Below are positions 11,415-25,425 of a DNA stretch of 64,000 nucleotides, piece by piece. The stretch is from positions 5,894 through 69,893 of the forward strand of contig NW_018403525.1 of the NCBI RefSeq assembly GCF_002113885.1, written 5' to 3'. A program made the position numbers and the translations under genes. The number at the start of each line of letters is the position of its first letter. Within the stretch, counting starts at the first letter, position 1. The notes beneath the pieces were generated by a model. That model worked only from the letters and a program-made list of their open reading frames with translations. It ran no database searches and was not told where the DNA came from. Origin of the DNA: Mizuhopecten yessoensis (Eukaryota).

Positions 11415-13925
11415 TAGAAATACACCATTAGGAACCTCACAGTATATGCCCTACCAAGACAAACCCCATTAGGTCCCTCACAGTATATACATGTACCTTA
11501 CATTAAAATACCCCATTAGGAACCTCACAGTATAAACCTTACCAAGACAAACCCCATAAGGAACCTCACAGTATATACCTTACATTAAAATACCCTATTA
11601 GGAACCTCACTGTATATACATTACATTAAAATACCCTATTAGGAACCTCACTGTATAAACCTTACCTTAAAATACCCTATTAGGAACCTCACTGTATAAA
11701 CCTTACCTTAAAATACCCTATTAGGAACCTCACTGTATAAACCTTACCTTAAAATACCCTATTAGGAACCTCACTGTATAAACCTTACCTTAAAATACCC
11801 TATTAGGAACCTCACTGTATAAACCTTACCTTAAAATACCCTATTAGGAACCTCACTGTATAAACCTTACCTTAAAATACCCTATTAGGAACCTCACTGT
11901 ATAAACCTTACCTTAAAATACCCTATTAGGAACCTCACTGTATAAACCTTACCTTAAAATACCCTATTAGGAACCTCACTGTATAAACCTTACCTTAAAA
12001 TACCCTATTAGGAACCTCACTGTATATATCTTACTTAGAAATATTCCATAAAGAACCTCAATATATATATCTTATTTAGAAATACCCCATTAGGAACCTC
12101 ATTGTATATACCTTACCTTAAAATACCATATTAGGAACCTCACTGTATAAACCTTACCTTAAAATACCCTATTAGGAACCTCACTGTATATATCTTACTT
12201 AGAAATATTCCATAAAGAACCTCAATATATATATCTTATTTAGAAATACCCCATTAGGAACCTCATTGTATATACCTTACCTTAAAATACCCTATTAGGA
12301 ACCTCACTGTATAAACCTTACCTTAAAATACCCTATTAGGAACCTCACTGTATATATCTTACTTAGAAATATTCCATAAAGAACCTCAATATATATAACT
12401 TATTTAGAAATACCCCATTAGGAACCTCATTGTATATACCTTACCTTAAAATACCATATTAGGAACCTCACTGTATATACCTTACCTTAAAATACCCCAT
12501 TATGAACCTCACGGTATATACCTTCCCTATAAATACCCCATTAGGAACCCCACTGTGTATTTCTTACCTAGAAATAACCCATTAGGAACCTCACTGTATA
12601 TACCTTACCTTAAAATACCCCATTAGGAACCTCACAGTATATACCTTACCAAGAATACCCTATTAGGAACCTCACTGTATATACCTTACTAACACATACC
12701 CCATTAGGAACCTCACTGTATATACCTTACCTTAGAATACTCTATTAGGAACCTCACAGTATATACCTTACCTAGACATACCCCATTAGGAACCTCACTG
12801 TGTATACCTTACATAGAAATACCCCATTAGGAACCTTACAGTATAAACCTTACCTAGAAATACACCATTAGGAACCTCACAGTATATACCTTACCAAGAC
12901 ATACCCAATTAGGAACCTCACTGTATATATCTTACCTAGAAATACCCCATTATGAACCTCACGGTATATACCTTCCCTATAAATACCCCATTAGGAACCC
13001 CACTGTGTATACCTTACCTAGAAATAACTCATTAGGAACCTCACAGTATATACCTAACCTAGAAGTACCCCATTTGGAACCTCACTGTATATACCTTCCC
13101 TATAAATACCCCATTAGGAACCCCACTGTGTATACCTTACCTAGAAATACCCTAGTAGGAACCTCATTCCCAGCCAGCACGCTGATATCGGGCCGATTTC
13201 GGTTAAAGAGCGGAATATCGGCTAAATATGCCGTTATTGGGCCGACGTCGGGCCGTCATCACTATTTATATATATGTTATTCAATGTTATTATTTCTAAC
13301 AATTATTTCAGTTATTTAAAAGAAAGATTATGCTGCTTTTAATGTTTAATTGCCAAAATAAAATAATAAATACATAAACATGACAAAATTATATCGGCCC
13401 AATAGCGGGCCGATTTCACCAAAACCATATAACTCGGTTACTAGTCTTATGAATTTTCAATACATCGGGCTGATATCACTCCGATGTTGTATCAAAAAGA
13501 AATAATATATGGACATAACTTTATCCATCTATCTCATGTATTCATAAAACTGAATTCAACTAAAAATACACCATTAGGAACCTCACAGTATATACCTTAC
13601 CAAAAAATACACCATTAGGAACCTCACAATATATGCCTTACCTAAAAATACCTAGACATACCCCTTTATAGGAACCATACAGTATGTACCTTGCCTAGAA
13701 ATACCCCATGAGGAACCTCACGGTATATACCTTATCTAGAAATATCCAATTAGGAACATTACTGTATGTACTTTACCTAGAAATTCCCAATTAGGAACCT
13801 CACTGTAGAAATACCCCATTAGGGACCTCACTGTGTATACCTTACATAGAAAACCTTACTTAGAATTTACTTTACATAGAAATACTCCATTAGGAACCTC
13901 ACTGTATAACATTACCTAGAAACTA
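11415..13925. repeat. 41-bp minisatellite, interrupted at 13169-13560
   Basis: Unit AAATACCCTATTAGGAACCTCACTGTATAAACCTTACCTTA. Near-perfect core at about 11630-12020, with degenerate edges. Confidence 0.95.
13169..13560. mobile_element. One-ended DNA transposon fragment (CCCAG terminus, EnSpm-like) inside the satellite
   Basis: CCCAGCCAGCAC start with repeated ATCGGGCCGAT subterminal motifs. No right TIR was found. Confidence 0.45.
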
Positions 13926-16489
13926 CTTTCGGTTTGGAAGGACGCAAACTTTTAAACGGGATCACAATAATACAAGGTATGTATTAAATTGTGTTATTTT
14001 ATTTACGACAATCACCAGTCATACATACACACACCCTCTTCATAGTTATTTTTTCCCCATTTGCCCATTCGTTCGTGCTTCAGTCTGCTTACAATTCTTC
14101 GACAAACTCGTTAAGCCTGTCTTTCAGTCAAAATCCCTGTCATAACGCTAACAGCGGTATCTCTTGACACATTTCAACGAATCATTACATGATGTTCAAC
14201 ACATGTCGTGTAAAATTAATAAGGCAAGCTCAACCCTTAATTGTATATTATACGCCTACTAACTCCATGCCGATATGATTGGTTTATAGTAATTAGAAGC
14301 ATAGTCGAACGATACTCCTGATTTTGATGTAACTACATATTACTTGCATTTATTTACTATCGCTTGTTATTGTGAATTCAGCAACGAAGATCGGACGATA
14401 TACTAATTAACAAAACACTTCTCCTTTACAATTATATTTTTCAATGTCGAACGGTCCATGCACGCTTTGTTAAGTAGAGCAAACTAAATCGATAATCATG
14501 TTATTTGATCGCGTTGAGTTGAATGCGGGTCTCCTACAATGTCTTCCTGTTTGTAAAATGTCTGTATGTGAGGTCCCGTAAGGGGTAAGTGTCTTGCTGA
14601 CTAGTTTATATCACTAATGATGTAGGTATTAACACCAAGTACTTAGGATATAAGGATTGGATAATTATATCAGGGAGTATGATTGGAAAACTCTTTTTAA
14701 GTCGCTCTTGGCGAGAGCCGAGCGGCTTATTAATTCTGTCCAGAGAACGAAATGACAGACCCACTTCCGTTCGGGGTGCGTGGGCATACTTCAGTCTTGC
14801 ATGCTTCCGCTATATAGTTTCGTTATCGCAAATAGAAAGTAGAATCTCTGACACTCACCTGTGGGTTACATAAAGTCTTCTGATACTCCTCTCCAAATAA
14901 TCATCCTTACTTTAAATAATTGCTGGAAAAAAAGTTTATCTCCGGTGCATTCTACGAGTGTTATGGTGGTGAAATTCGTGCACTAAGTTTGAGCGTTTTA
15001 GCAACTCGGTTTGCGGTCTGAGGAGTGTTACGCGTGTGAAACACATATGATTCGAGAAAGCACATGTGAAGACTGTCAAGCATTGACGCTGTCTGTAGAA
15101 GGAAGAAGTAAATATATATACTTATAAACCGTATGAGTGATGAAGTATACCCTCTATTTTGATGTTTGAAACGGGAACGTAACATGACATATCGTGCTTA
15201 GGTTGACAACGGTAATGGCTCGGAGACGAGACGATATGTGAACTGTGTATGCTTATCAAACATTTCTGTAACACAGCATGCTATTTCTGGTATATTGATT
15301 TATGAAAGTGTAACAATTTAAGAACATGACACAACAGCCGCTGCTGTTTGACAAGAATTGGCGCCGTGTCAAAATAATATCCAATTCGGTGTAAGGGAAA
15401 TAACTCTTACGTTGTTAAAGATACATTGAGAAATATAATTCAAATATATTCGAAGAACATTTGTAAGATTTTGTATATTCAATGACGGTAAATATAGTCG
15501 CTACATATATCAATAATTATAATTAATATGAATAAAAAATAAATAAAAATAAAAGGAGTACAATGTCTCTTTTCTCCATGCATGTTTTCCCACTACTGTT
15601 AATTATCCTTCATTTCACAAGCACAAAATGCACCTATTCTTTATTATCCATTCACCGATTGCCATTCTGCACGTAAATGCTCATGTAACATCATTGGAGG
15701 ATGCTAATTAATGAAAATTACAGCAATGCATCACACTTAAAGAGGGTGAAAAAAGAGGAGAGGGAGAAATGTTTTTAAGGCATCATTTAAGAGGCGATTG
15801 ATTTTGAATATCCCAAAGGCAACATCATCACATGACCTGATTTTCAATTAGCAGAATACAGAACACATATATGAGGTATTATAGTAGATATTGATGCTCA
15901 ATGTGTTACTGAAGCAATTAAATTTAAAGTGGTGAGCGGCTGTAATGTCATACTGACATAATTCTAGTTGCCAATTGTAATTCAGTTGATTCAGCCAGTG
16001 AACAATTTACCAATGTTTACCTTGATTTAGCCAAATACAGATGTTACCATTAGGCCTTAAGATAAGCCATGGATGAGTTCTGTTTTGGGGGAAAATAACG
16101 TGATGAAATAAGAAAAATAGCAATAAATTAAAAACTTTCAATGGACATTTTTATTAAAAATAAGAGAAATAAGGTAGATAACACGAGAAAAACATGTAAG
16201 AGTATCAGAGTATAATGTAGGTGACACTATTCATTACTATACAGAAGATCCGAATAGCTATTGGGGACCAATCAAGAGACTAATAGGTATAACTTGGACT
16301 ACAGATCCAAACTATGTGGTCCTCTATTTGTCGATGACAAAAGCAAAACAAGTATTTTGAACGAATGTTTTTGTAGTATACTAATATTGATGATAGTTAT
16401 TCTGTGCGCCTATTTTAGAACCCTACACAAATAGCTCTATTAGCTTAGAAAAGCCTCGGGGAGGATTGAGTTATTCATCAAATACTTAA

Positions 16490-17345
16490 ACAAAACGCCC
16501 AGAGTATCGCTCACATGTTTTTGTTTTTGTAACATGAAACTGACAAATGGGTAACTTCAGACCAAATTTGGTAACTAGAACACAAAACATTTTAACATCT
16601 CTTAAAGTTCACTTTTGATCTTATTACCGTACCAAAGAAAATGGTTCAAACAGCTGGTCTACATAACATACCCAAGTATCATGACTCTAACCCAAATGGT
16701 TCTTAACATATTTTTGTTTGAAGTTTTGACATATGTGATCCTTATGACCTTGAAAGTAGGTCAATGTAATTTTTATATGGACCATAATATCCCAGGTATC
16801 TACTGGCCATATATCATGACATTGGGGCTTATGTAGCTTGAGAAGAAGATTGTTCAAGCTTTTAACCCATGTTGACCTTAGTTCCCCGACTAGCACGTAA
16901 AGTGGACCTTTGACCTCATAACTGTAACAGAGAAAACAATTTGCACAGCTGGTCTTTATAACATATCCAAGTATTATGACTCTAGTCCAAATAGTTCTTA
17001 GGCTATTGTTGTTTGACGTTTTTAATATATTTGACCCCTGTGACTTTGAAAGTAGGTCAAGGTCAATTAAATGAGAAAACTTGAAAGCACTTCATCTAAG
17101 GGACCATTCTATTCCAAGGTACCTACTGGCCAAATGTCATGGCCCTGGGCCTAATGGGACTTGAAAAGAGATTGTTAAAACATTGAACCTATGTTGACCT
17201 TTGACTTCCAACTAGCACTTAAACTTTGACCTCAATACTGTAATCAAGGAAAATATTCACACAGCTGGTCTCCATAATATACCGAAGTATTGTGACTCTA
17301 GTCCAAATGGTCCTTGGGATGTTGCTGTTTGAAGTTTTTTGATAA
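16490..17345. mobile_element. Helentron/HINE-like non-autonomous element with ~300-bp internal duplications
   Basis: GTATCGCTCAC start and TGACCTTGAAAGTAGGTCA motifs. CAGCTGGTCT...CAAGTA-TGACTCTA occurs three times. Confidence 0.45.
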
Positions 17346-17482
17346 ATTTAAGGGAAACTGCGACATCAATTTATTTCTAACGTATTTGTAACTAAGATAT
17401 ATATCATTATCATGATCTGTCTAGCATATTATCTTTGACTGTATCTCATTTTGACAGTTATTCCTCTGTCACTCGACCTCCT

Positions 17483-17793
17483 ATGGCTTATTCGGCGAAA
17501 CAACAGACTCTCCGTGGCTCTCCTCTTGTGGACGGAGTGATTAATTCACTACCTACGCGTGACTGGCAAACTGGTAAATCTTTGACTGAAAGTTTGAATC
17601 ACATCCTCACTAATGAAGTTGGCAGTGACGTCACGTTCCTTGTCGGCACGAACGGGAAGAAAATTCCCGCACACAAACTGATTCTCACCAGCCGCAGTCC
17701 TGTCTTCTTTGCCATGTTTAATGGTCCCATGGCAGAAACTGGAGATGTAAAGCTTCCGGATATCACAGAACAGGCGTTCACTCCATTTCTGAC
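17483..17793 (+). CDS. BTB/POZ-BACK protein (BTBD2/3/6-like), first identified coding exon
   Basis: DWQ...SDVTFLVG...IPAHKLILTSRSPVFFAMFNGPMAE is a BTB motif. Acceptor TTGACAG| ends at 17457; donor AC|GTAAGT is phase 2. The true start could lie in an upstream exon. Confidence 0.9.
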
Positions 17794-18043
17794 GTAAGTG
17801 CATCAACTTCTGTAGGACAACAATCAAAACGCACGCTACTTCAGTAAACTGATTTGCCTTGAAGTGATCTTAACGGTACAATGTCTTTGAATGCGCGTAC
17901 ATTACGTCACCGCTCAGAATCTTATTATGTTAATAATTGCAACGGGTGCTAGAGTTACTATCCCCTAACAGTCATATTAACATACATGTATTCTAATTGC
18001 GTAAACTTTATTGTTACAAAAGTGTGTCATTATTTTCTTACAG

Positions 18044-18416
18044 TTACATGTATACAGACCAAATAGCCCTGACTGTCCAGACGGTTGTTCCAGTATTCAA
18101 TGTCGCCCGGAAGTACTGTGTAGACGTCCTTGTTACGGTGTGCTACAACTTCCTACAAACAAATCTTTCGCCAGCCAATGCCTGTTTCCTTCTCGAGCAA
18201 TCTCACGCCTACACTGAGGATCAACTAATGGCAGCGTGTCTAAAAGTTATTGGAGAGTCGCCTGAAAAAATAATAAAATCAGAATCCTTTGTTGACCTGT
18301 GTCCGAGCTGCCTGACTTGTATTACTAGATCGGATGAGCTTGGTATGGATGAGAGTCACGTATACAAGGCTGTTATGAATTGGGCGGAAAAGGAATGTAT
18401 TCGGAAAAAAATTAAG
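18044..18416 (+). CDS. BTB-BACK protein, exon 2
   Basis: Acceptor TTCTTACAG|T restores FLTYMYTD. Contains ARKY and BACK motifs (ESHVYKAVMNWAEKEC). Donor AAG|GTAATT is phase 0. Confidence 0.9.
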
Positions 18417-18534
18417 GTAATTATTTATCAAATATATATCCATTTTTCGCCATACCTTTTCGAAATTTCACAAACACACTGTAACATTCCGTACCCGAAA
18501 GAACATTTGTACACAACAGCTTTAAACTTGAAGA

Positions 18535-19870
18535 CGCTATGAAAACTATCACGCCGAATAGACCTTACCTTACTCGATAACACTATGCAAACTAGCCAAT
18601 CGGTCAGAAAAAGTCACCTTAGGGTGATAAGCCAAAAACTCGATGACGTTTTGTAAAATAGCTCGCTGGCTAGAAAACGTAACATATCATAAATATAGGA
18701 TCTTACATGAGTTTCCATGTCATATGAGATTTATTAAACGAGTCCAACAACTTTTCCTTTTAGCGAGCCTCTGTCATTATGAAAACTAGCCCGCCGACTA
18801 GATGACATTACCATACAAAAGCTCAAAACTCGATGACGCAATGAAGACTAGCCCGCCGACTAGATGACATTACCATACATAAGCTTAAAACTTGATGACG
18901 TTATGAAAGCTAGCCCGCCGACTAGATGACATTACCATACATCAGCTGAAAACTCGATGACGCTATGAAAACTAGTCCGCCGGCTAGATGATATTACCAA
19001 ACATAAGCTGAAAACTTTATGACGCTATGAAAACTTGCCCGCCCGCTAGATGACATCACCTTACATCAGCAGAAATATCAATGACATTTTGAAAATAAAC
19101 CCGCCAGTTAGATGACATTACCTTACATGATGACTCAACTCAATAGGACAACATTTTCATTGATATAGATATTATGTATGATGAACTAGTTGCACCGATT
19201 CATTGAGTGTCCATAATATAAAAGAACTGTGTTTACTAGAAAAAATCATCTATGAGGCAAAAGAAAAAAGGTATAACAATGGAATATGATTGTCTTCATT
19301 ATCTGTATATTGTCCATGATTTGTGTATAATATGTATTGTATACTGATGGGCCAATGCCCTTAAGTTCGAAAAAAACTTGAAAAAAAAAAAAAAAAAAAA
19401 AAGAATATATAAGCTGAACAATTGATGACTCTATGAAAGCTAGCCCGCCGGCTAGATGACATTACCTTTCATACGCTGAAAGCTCGATGACGCTATACAA
19501 ACTAGTCAATTGGCTAGATGACATCACCTTATATATGCTGAAAACTCAATGACTCTATGAAAACTAGCCCGCCGGCTAGATGACATTAACTTTCATACGC
19601 TGAAGGCTCGATGACGCTATACAAACTAGCCAACTGGCTAGATGACATCACCTTATATACAATTGCATGCTGAAAACTCAATGACGCTATGAAAACTAGC
19701 CCGCCGGCTAGATGATATTATCTTACATAAACTTAAAACCCGATGACGTTATGAAAACTATCCCGTCGGCTAGATGACATACGCTGAAAGCTCGATGTCG
19801 CTATGAAAATGAGTACGCAGGCTAAATGACGTTACCTACATTAAGCTGAAAATTCGATGACGCCGTAAAA
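18535..19870. repeat. 62-bp intronic minisatellite, interrupted
   Basis: Unit ATGAAAACTAGCCCGCCGGCTAGATGACATTACCATACATAAGCTGAAAACTCGATGACGCT; period 62 at 18779, 18841 and 18903. Confidence 0.88.
19129..19402 (+). mobile_element. Poly(A)-tailed retroposed fragment inside the 62-bp array
   Basis: Non-repeat sequence ending in an A-run at 19381-19402. The array resumes in register afterwards. Confidence 0.55.
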
Positions 19871-20202
19871 GGATGACGCCAACTTCGCGGTACTCATAAC
19901 ACAATTTCTGCAACGCCATCTAAATTAGGTTTTACTAACTTTATGACGTCATACATTTGTTACCCCGAACTGACGCCATAACCTACTGAAAACATCACAA
20001 ATGTGTTGTAGATGTGATGTAATTATAACTACAAATTTATTTGACGTCAAATTAAATAATTGGACGGCAGACATGTTGTCAAAATAGCGATAAGAAGATT
20101 TTTTCCCCAATATTTGCATACCATCACGAAAGATTGATATAATAATCTTGAATCGTTCTCGTCTTATGGATATCATAAAAAATCAAAATTGATTTATTGC
20201 AG

Positions 20203-20481
20203 AAAACGGGCGCCAACAAGAGAGTCGTGCTAGGAAATATTCTCTACACCATTCGGTTCCCGATCATGTCTCAAGATTTTTTCCTGGACAAAGTATGTAC
20301 GGATAAGATACTAACGAGTGATGAGATTGTCGACATCCTCATGTTTATCCGCAAAAAGTCTACAGCTCTTGTCACTAGCTTTAACACAGGGTGTAGGAGA
20401 GGAAAGCATGGTCACCATGGTGGCACCTATGGCGCGAATATGAGTCGGGCTTTCAGAGGGAAAACCAGTTTCTATGAATAA
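20203..20481 (+). CDS. BTB-BACK protein, terminal exon (about 320 aa in total, no PHR domain)
   Basis: Acceptor TTATTGCAG|, then LGNILYTIRFPIMS (end of BACK), TAA at 20481, and an AATAAA about 75 nt downstream. Confidence 0.85.
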   Translation, partial: KTGANKRVVLGNILYTIRFPIMSQDFFLDKVCTDKILTSDEIVDILMFIRKKSTALVTSFNTGCRRGKHGHHGGTYGANMSRAFRGKTSFYE

Positions 20482-20865
20482 CACTACGCCTTATGATATG
20501 ATTCTGGTCACCAATGTCTTTCTGGTATCTGTTCTACTTGTCTACCAACTTGAAATAATAAAACAGAGGTATAGTTGTTTGTATTTAACAAGTATATACC
20601 AAATTGGCTTAACGAAGAAAGTGATCAAGCGATTATCGCAGACCTGTTGTATCGTACTCGTTCTTGTATGTTATACTTGTGTCACTGTAGGGTCTTCTTT
20701 ACTCTATATAATAGAGACTAAACATGTAACTATATTGGTTGTTCATGACGTGTAAGCTTGACCCGACAACAGTATACAAAATCCATTTTTTTTTTATTGT
20801 ACCTGGATTCCCAAACAATTATCACATTTACAATTAAATTGAATTTGACTTAACTAATAAGAAGA

Positions 20866-23632
20866 TTCTTTCAATAAACATGATTTGTGTACTAAGATAC
20901 ACACTCTTACTTTGTATAGTCTTTCAATGAACATGATTTTTGTACTAAGTTACACACTCTCACATTGTAGAATCTTTCAATGAACATGATTTGTGCACTA
21001 CCATACAGACTCTTACTTTGTAGTCTTTCAATGAACATGATTTGTGTACTACGATACACACTCTTACTTTGTAGAGTCTTTCAATGAACATGATTTGTGT
21101 ACTAAGATACACACTCTAACTTTGTAGAGTCTTTCAATGAACATGATTTGTGCACTACGATACACACTCTTACTTTTAAGAGTCTTTCAATGAACATGAT
21201 TTGTGTACTACGATACACATTCTTACTTTGTAGAGTCTTTCAATGAACATGATTTGTGTACTACGATACACACTGGTACTGTGTGGAGTCTTTCAATGAA
21301 CATGATTTGTGTACTACGATACACACTCTTACTTTGTAGAGTCTTTCAATGAACATGATTTGTGTACTAAGATACACACTCTTACTTTGTAGAGTCCTTC
21401 AATGAACATGATTTGTGTACTAAGTTACACACTCTTACTTTGTAGAGTCTTTCAATGAACATGATTTGTGAACTACGATACACACTCTTACTTTGTAGAG
21501 TCTTTCAATGAACATTATTTGTGTACTAAGATACACACTCCTGCTTTGTAGAGTCTTTCAATGAACATGATTTGTGTACTAAGATACACACTCTTACTTT
21601 ATAGAATCTTTCAATGAAAATGATGTGTGTACTACGATACACACTCGTGCTTTGTAGAGTCTTTCAATAAACAAGATTTGTGTACTAAGATACACACTCC
21701 TACTTTGTAGAGTCTTTCAATGACCACGATTTGTGTACTAAAATACCCACTCTTACTTTGTAGAATCTTTCAATGATACACATTCTTACTTTGTAGAGTC
21801 TTTCACTGAACATGACTTGTGTACTAAGATAAACACTCCTACTTTGAAGAGTCTTTCAATGAAAATGATGTGTGTACTAGGATACACACTCTTACTGTGT
21901 AGAATCTTTCAATGAACATAAGGGGGGTACTACGATACACAGTCGTGCTTTGTAGAGTCTTTCACTGAAAATGATTTGTGTACTAGGATACACACTCGTG
22001 CTTTGTCGAGTCTTTCAATGAAAATGATGTGTGTACTACGATAAACACTCGTGCTTTGTCGAGTCTTTCAATGAAAATGATTTGTGTACTAGGATACACA
22101 CTCGTGCTTTGTCGAGTCTTTCAATGAACATGATTTGTGTGCTTCGATACACACTCGTGCTTTGTAGAGCCTTTCAATGAACATGGTTTGTGTACTAAGA
22201 TAAACACTCCTACTTTGAAGAGTCTTTCAATGACCACGATTTGTGTACTAAAATACACACTCTTACTGTTAAGAGTCTTTCAATGAACATGACTTGTGTA
22301 CTAAGATAAACACTCCTACTTTGAAGAGTCTTTCAATGAATATGATTTGTGTACTAAGATAAACACTCCTACTTTGAAGAGTCTTTCAATGACCACGATT
22401 TGTGTACTAAAATACCCACTCTTACTTTGTAGAGTCCGTTAACAAACTTACTTTGTAGAGTCTTTCAATGACCACGATTTGTGTACTAAAATACCCACTC
22501 TTACTTTGTAGAGTCTTTCACTGAAAATGATTTGTGTACTACGATACAAACTCTTACTTTGTAGAATCTTTCAATGATACACATTCTTACTTTGTAGAGT
22601 CTTTCAATAAACATGATTTGTGTAAGTCTTTCAATGAACATGATTTCTGTACTACGATACACAGTCGTGCTTTGTAGAGTCCTTCAATGAACATGATTTC
22701 TGTACTACGATACACACTTGTGCTTTGTAGAGTCCTTCAATGAACATGATGTGCGTACTACGATACACAGTCGTGCTTTGTAGAGGCTTTCAATAAACAA
22801 GGTTTGTGTACTAAGATACAGACTCCTACTTTGTAGAGTCTTTCAATAAACATGATTTGTGTACTAGGATACACACTCGTGCTTTGTCGAGTCTTTCAAT
22901 GAACATGATTTGTGTACTAAAATACACACTCTTACTTTGTAGAATCTTTCAATGAACATGACTTGTGTACTAAGATACACACTCTTACTTTATAGAATCT
23001 TTCAATGAACATGATGTGTGTACTACGATACACACTCCTACTTTGTAGAGTCTTTCAATGAACATGATTTGTGTACTAAAATACACACTCATACTTTGTA
23101 GAATATTTCAATGAATATGATTTGTGTACTACGATAGACACTCGTACTTTGTAGAGTCTTTTAATAAACATGATTTGTGTACTTAGATACACATTCTTAC
23201 TTTGTAGTCTTTCAATGAACATGATTTGTGCACTACCATACAAACTCTTACTTTGTAGAGTCTTTCAATGAACATGATTTGTGTACTAAGTTGCACACTC
23301 TAACTTTGTAGAGTCTTTTAATAAACATGATTTGTTTACTTAGATCCACATTCTTACTTTGTAGTCTTTCAATGAACATAATTTGTGTACTACGATAGAC
23401 ACTCGTACTTTGTAGAGTCTTTTAATAAACATGATTTGTGTACTACGTTACACACTCTTACTTTGTAGAGTCTTTCAATGAACATGATTTGTGTACTAAG
23501 TTACACACTCTAACTTTGTAGAGTCTTTCAATGAACATGATTTGTGTACTAAGATACACACTCTTACTTTGTAGAGTCTTTCAATGAACATGATTTGTGT
23601 ACTACGATACAAACTCTTACTTTGTAGAGTCT
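20866..23632. repeat. 53-bp minisatellite
   Basis: Unit TCTTTCAATGAACATGATTTGTGTACTACGATACACACTCTTACTTTGTAGAG, about 50 copies. Confidence 0.95.
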
Positions 23633-24559
23633 AGATTACTGGTTACATTATGGTATATACTATAGATATATAGAAGCTAATTGGTTGCAGAGTCAACCGG
23701 GTTTTTGATCTCATATACAGACCGATTGTAAAAAAAAAAAAAAACCATTCTGCCGAGGAAAGACGTTACTGATAGTGGTCGGTAGTTTAAATGTCACTAT
23801 TTAACCCATTACGTTATATAAAGCATGGACATTTTTTTTACCTTTACCGGATCTTTTTGAATTTTATCAACTCTGTCTGCTTCCTTTTAGGTAATTTGAT
23901 CAAATAATTATACCCCACTCAACGAAGTTGGCGGAAAATATACAAATTGGTCCGTCCGAGTGTGGGATGCATCTGGGTTAGCTCTACTAATTGCATGTTG
24001 CAGATTCTGAAATTGACCTACATTTTACGCTGCAGTGTATTAGTTAAGAACAATGGTCACTCTTATAATCTCCATAAACATCTTACTACAACTGTTACCC
24101 CTTCCGTACTTTAATGATTAATGCATCTGAGTTAGCTCTACTGATTGTATGATGCACATGCTTCACTAGACCTACATTTCACGCTTTGGTGCCTTGGTGA
24201 CCAACAATGAGTAACAGAGAATATCGATGACGGCGTCTTCTTGTTATGCTCGTTATAACAGTTAATAACATTAAACATACAACCTTTATTGTTCCTGGTA
24301 GTTTATTTCCGTTAGATATGCTTAGCAATGGCGAGGTAGCGATGGAAACAGCATACTGCCCTGATAATCCCATATCCATATTTTATACTATACCACTTCT
24401 CCACACCTTTATCCACAAAATCCCACTATTCAATCCCTTATCCATACCAACTCTATCACAGACCGAAACCAAACGTATTTACATGTCCAATCACTATTCG
24501 GTTACCCACAAAACCCCTAAAACTTTATCCTGCTTAATGTTCAGCATTTAAGGGAATAC

Positions 24560-24785
24560 CAACAACTGGTTCAGTATAATGTGACCGGGCAGAATACTGT
24601 GTTGGTGTCTTCGGCATGGTATTTCAGTGAGATAGTACTATTAAGTCGGCATCAGATCCGTGCTAACACAAGGAGGCAATCAGCATACCTACACAAATGC
24701 ACTCATACACAACACACATGGAGGCATATCCCTAAATGTCCTTAGCTGTTGGTAGAGCGTTGAACCCTCTACAACCAACTAACTT
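24560..24785 (+). mobile_element. SINE 3' fragment (Meta/CORE-like bivalve SINE)
   Basis: CAGTATAATGTGACCGGG...TCAGTGAGATAGTACTAT...GCTGTTGGTAGAGCGTTGAACC followed by a CAAC tail, recalled as typical of mollusc SINEs. Confidence 0.4.
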
Positions 24786-24939
24786 TATCCAACAACTCGT
24801 ATTCACAAAATATCTTTGACGGTTTTTTACCCTGAAACTGTTACCCACATAATCCTTAAATGTCAAACATTCAGCATCACAATCCGATCTGAACGCCTTT
24901 GTATCAGGGAAGAGTTCGTAAGTACCTGGTGGACGAAGT

Positions 24940-25425
24940 GAAGGGGTAGCAGCGGTACTAAGATATTCATGGACGTAACCAATTCATCTTTACCTATTTA
25001 ATATAATATACATGTGACCAATTTTTCTTCACCAAGTCACTGAAGCGTAAAATGAAGGTCAAATTTAGCATCCTTAATATGCAATAAGTAGAGCCGACCC
25101 GGATACATCGGTCATCAACGTTTCGAACGGGTAGCAGCTGTAGTAAGGTGTTTATGGACGAAACCAATTCGCCTTCACCTGTATAATATGCATGCGACTA
25201 TTTTTTCTTAATAACGTCACTGAAGCGTGAAATGTAGGTCAAATAAAGCACCAGCATGCTACTAAGAAGTAGCAGCTGTAGTAAGGTATTCGTGGACGAG
25301 ACCGATTCTTCTTAACCTGTTTGATATGCACGCGACCATTAACCTGTTTGATATGCACGCGACAATTAACCTGTTTGATATGCACGCGACCATTAACCTT
25401 TTGATATGCACGCGACCATTAACCT
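24940..25425. repeat. Local ~140-185-bp duplications ending in a 27-bp x4 tandem
   Basis: GTAGCAGC...GGACG.AACC.ATTC occurs three times; TTAACCTGTTTGATATGCACGCGACCA occurs four times. Confidence 0.7.
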
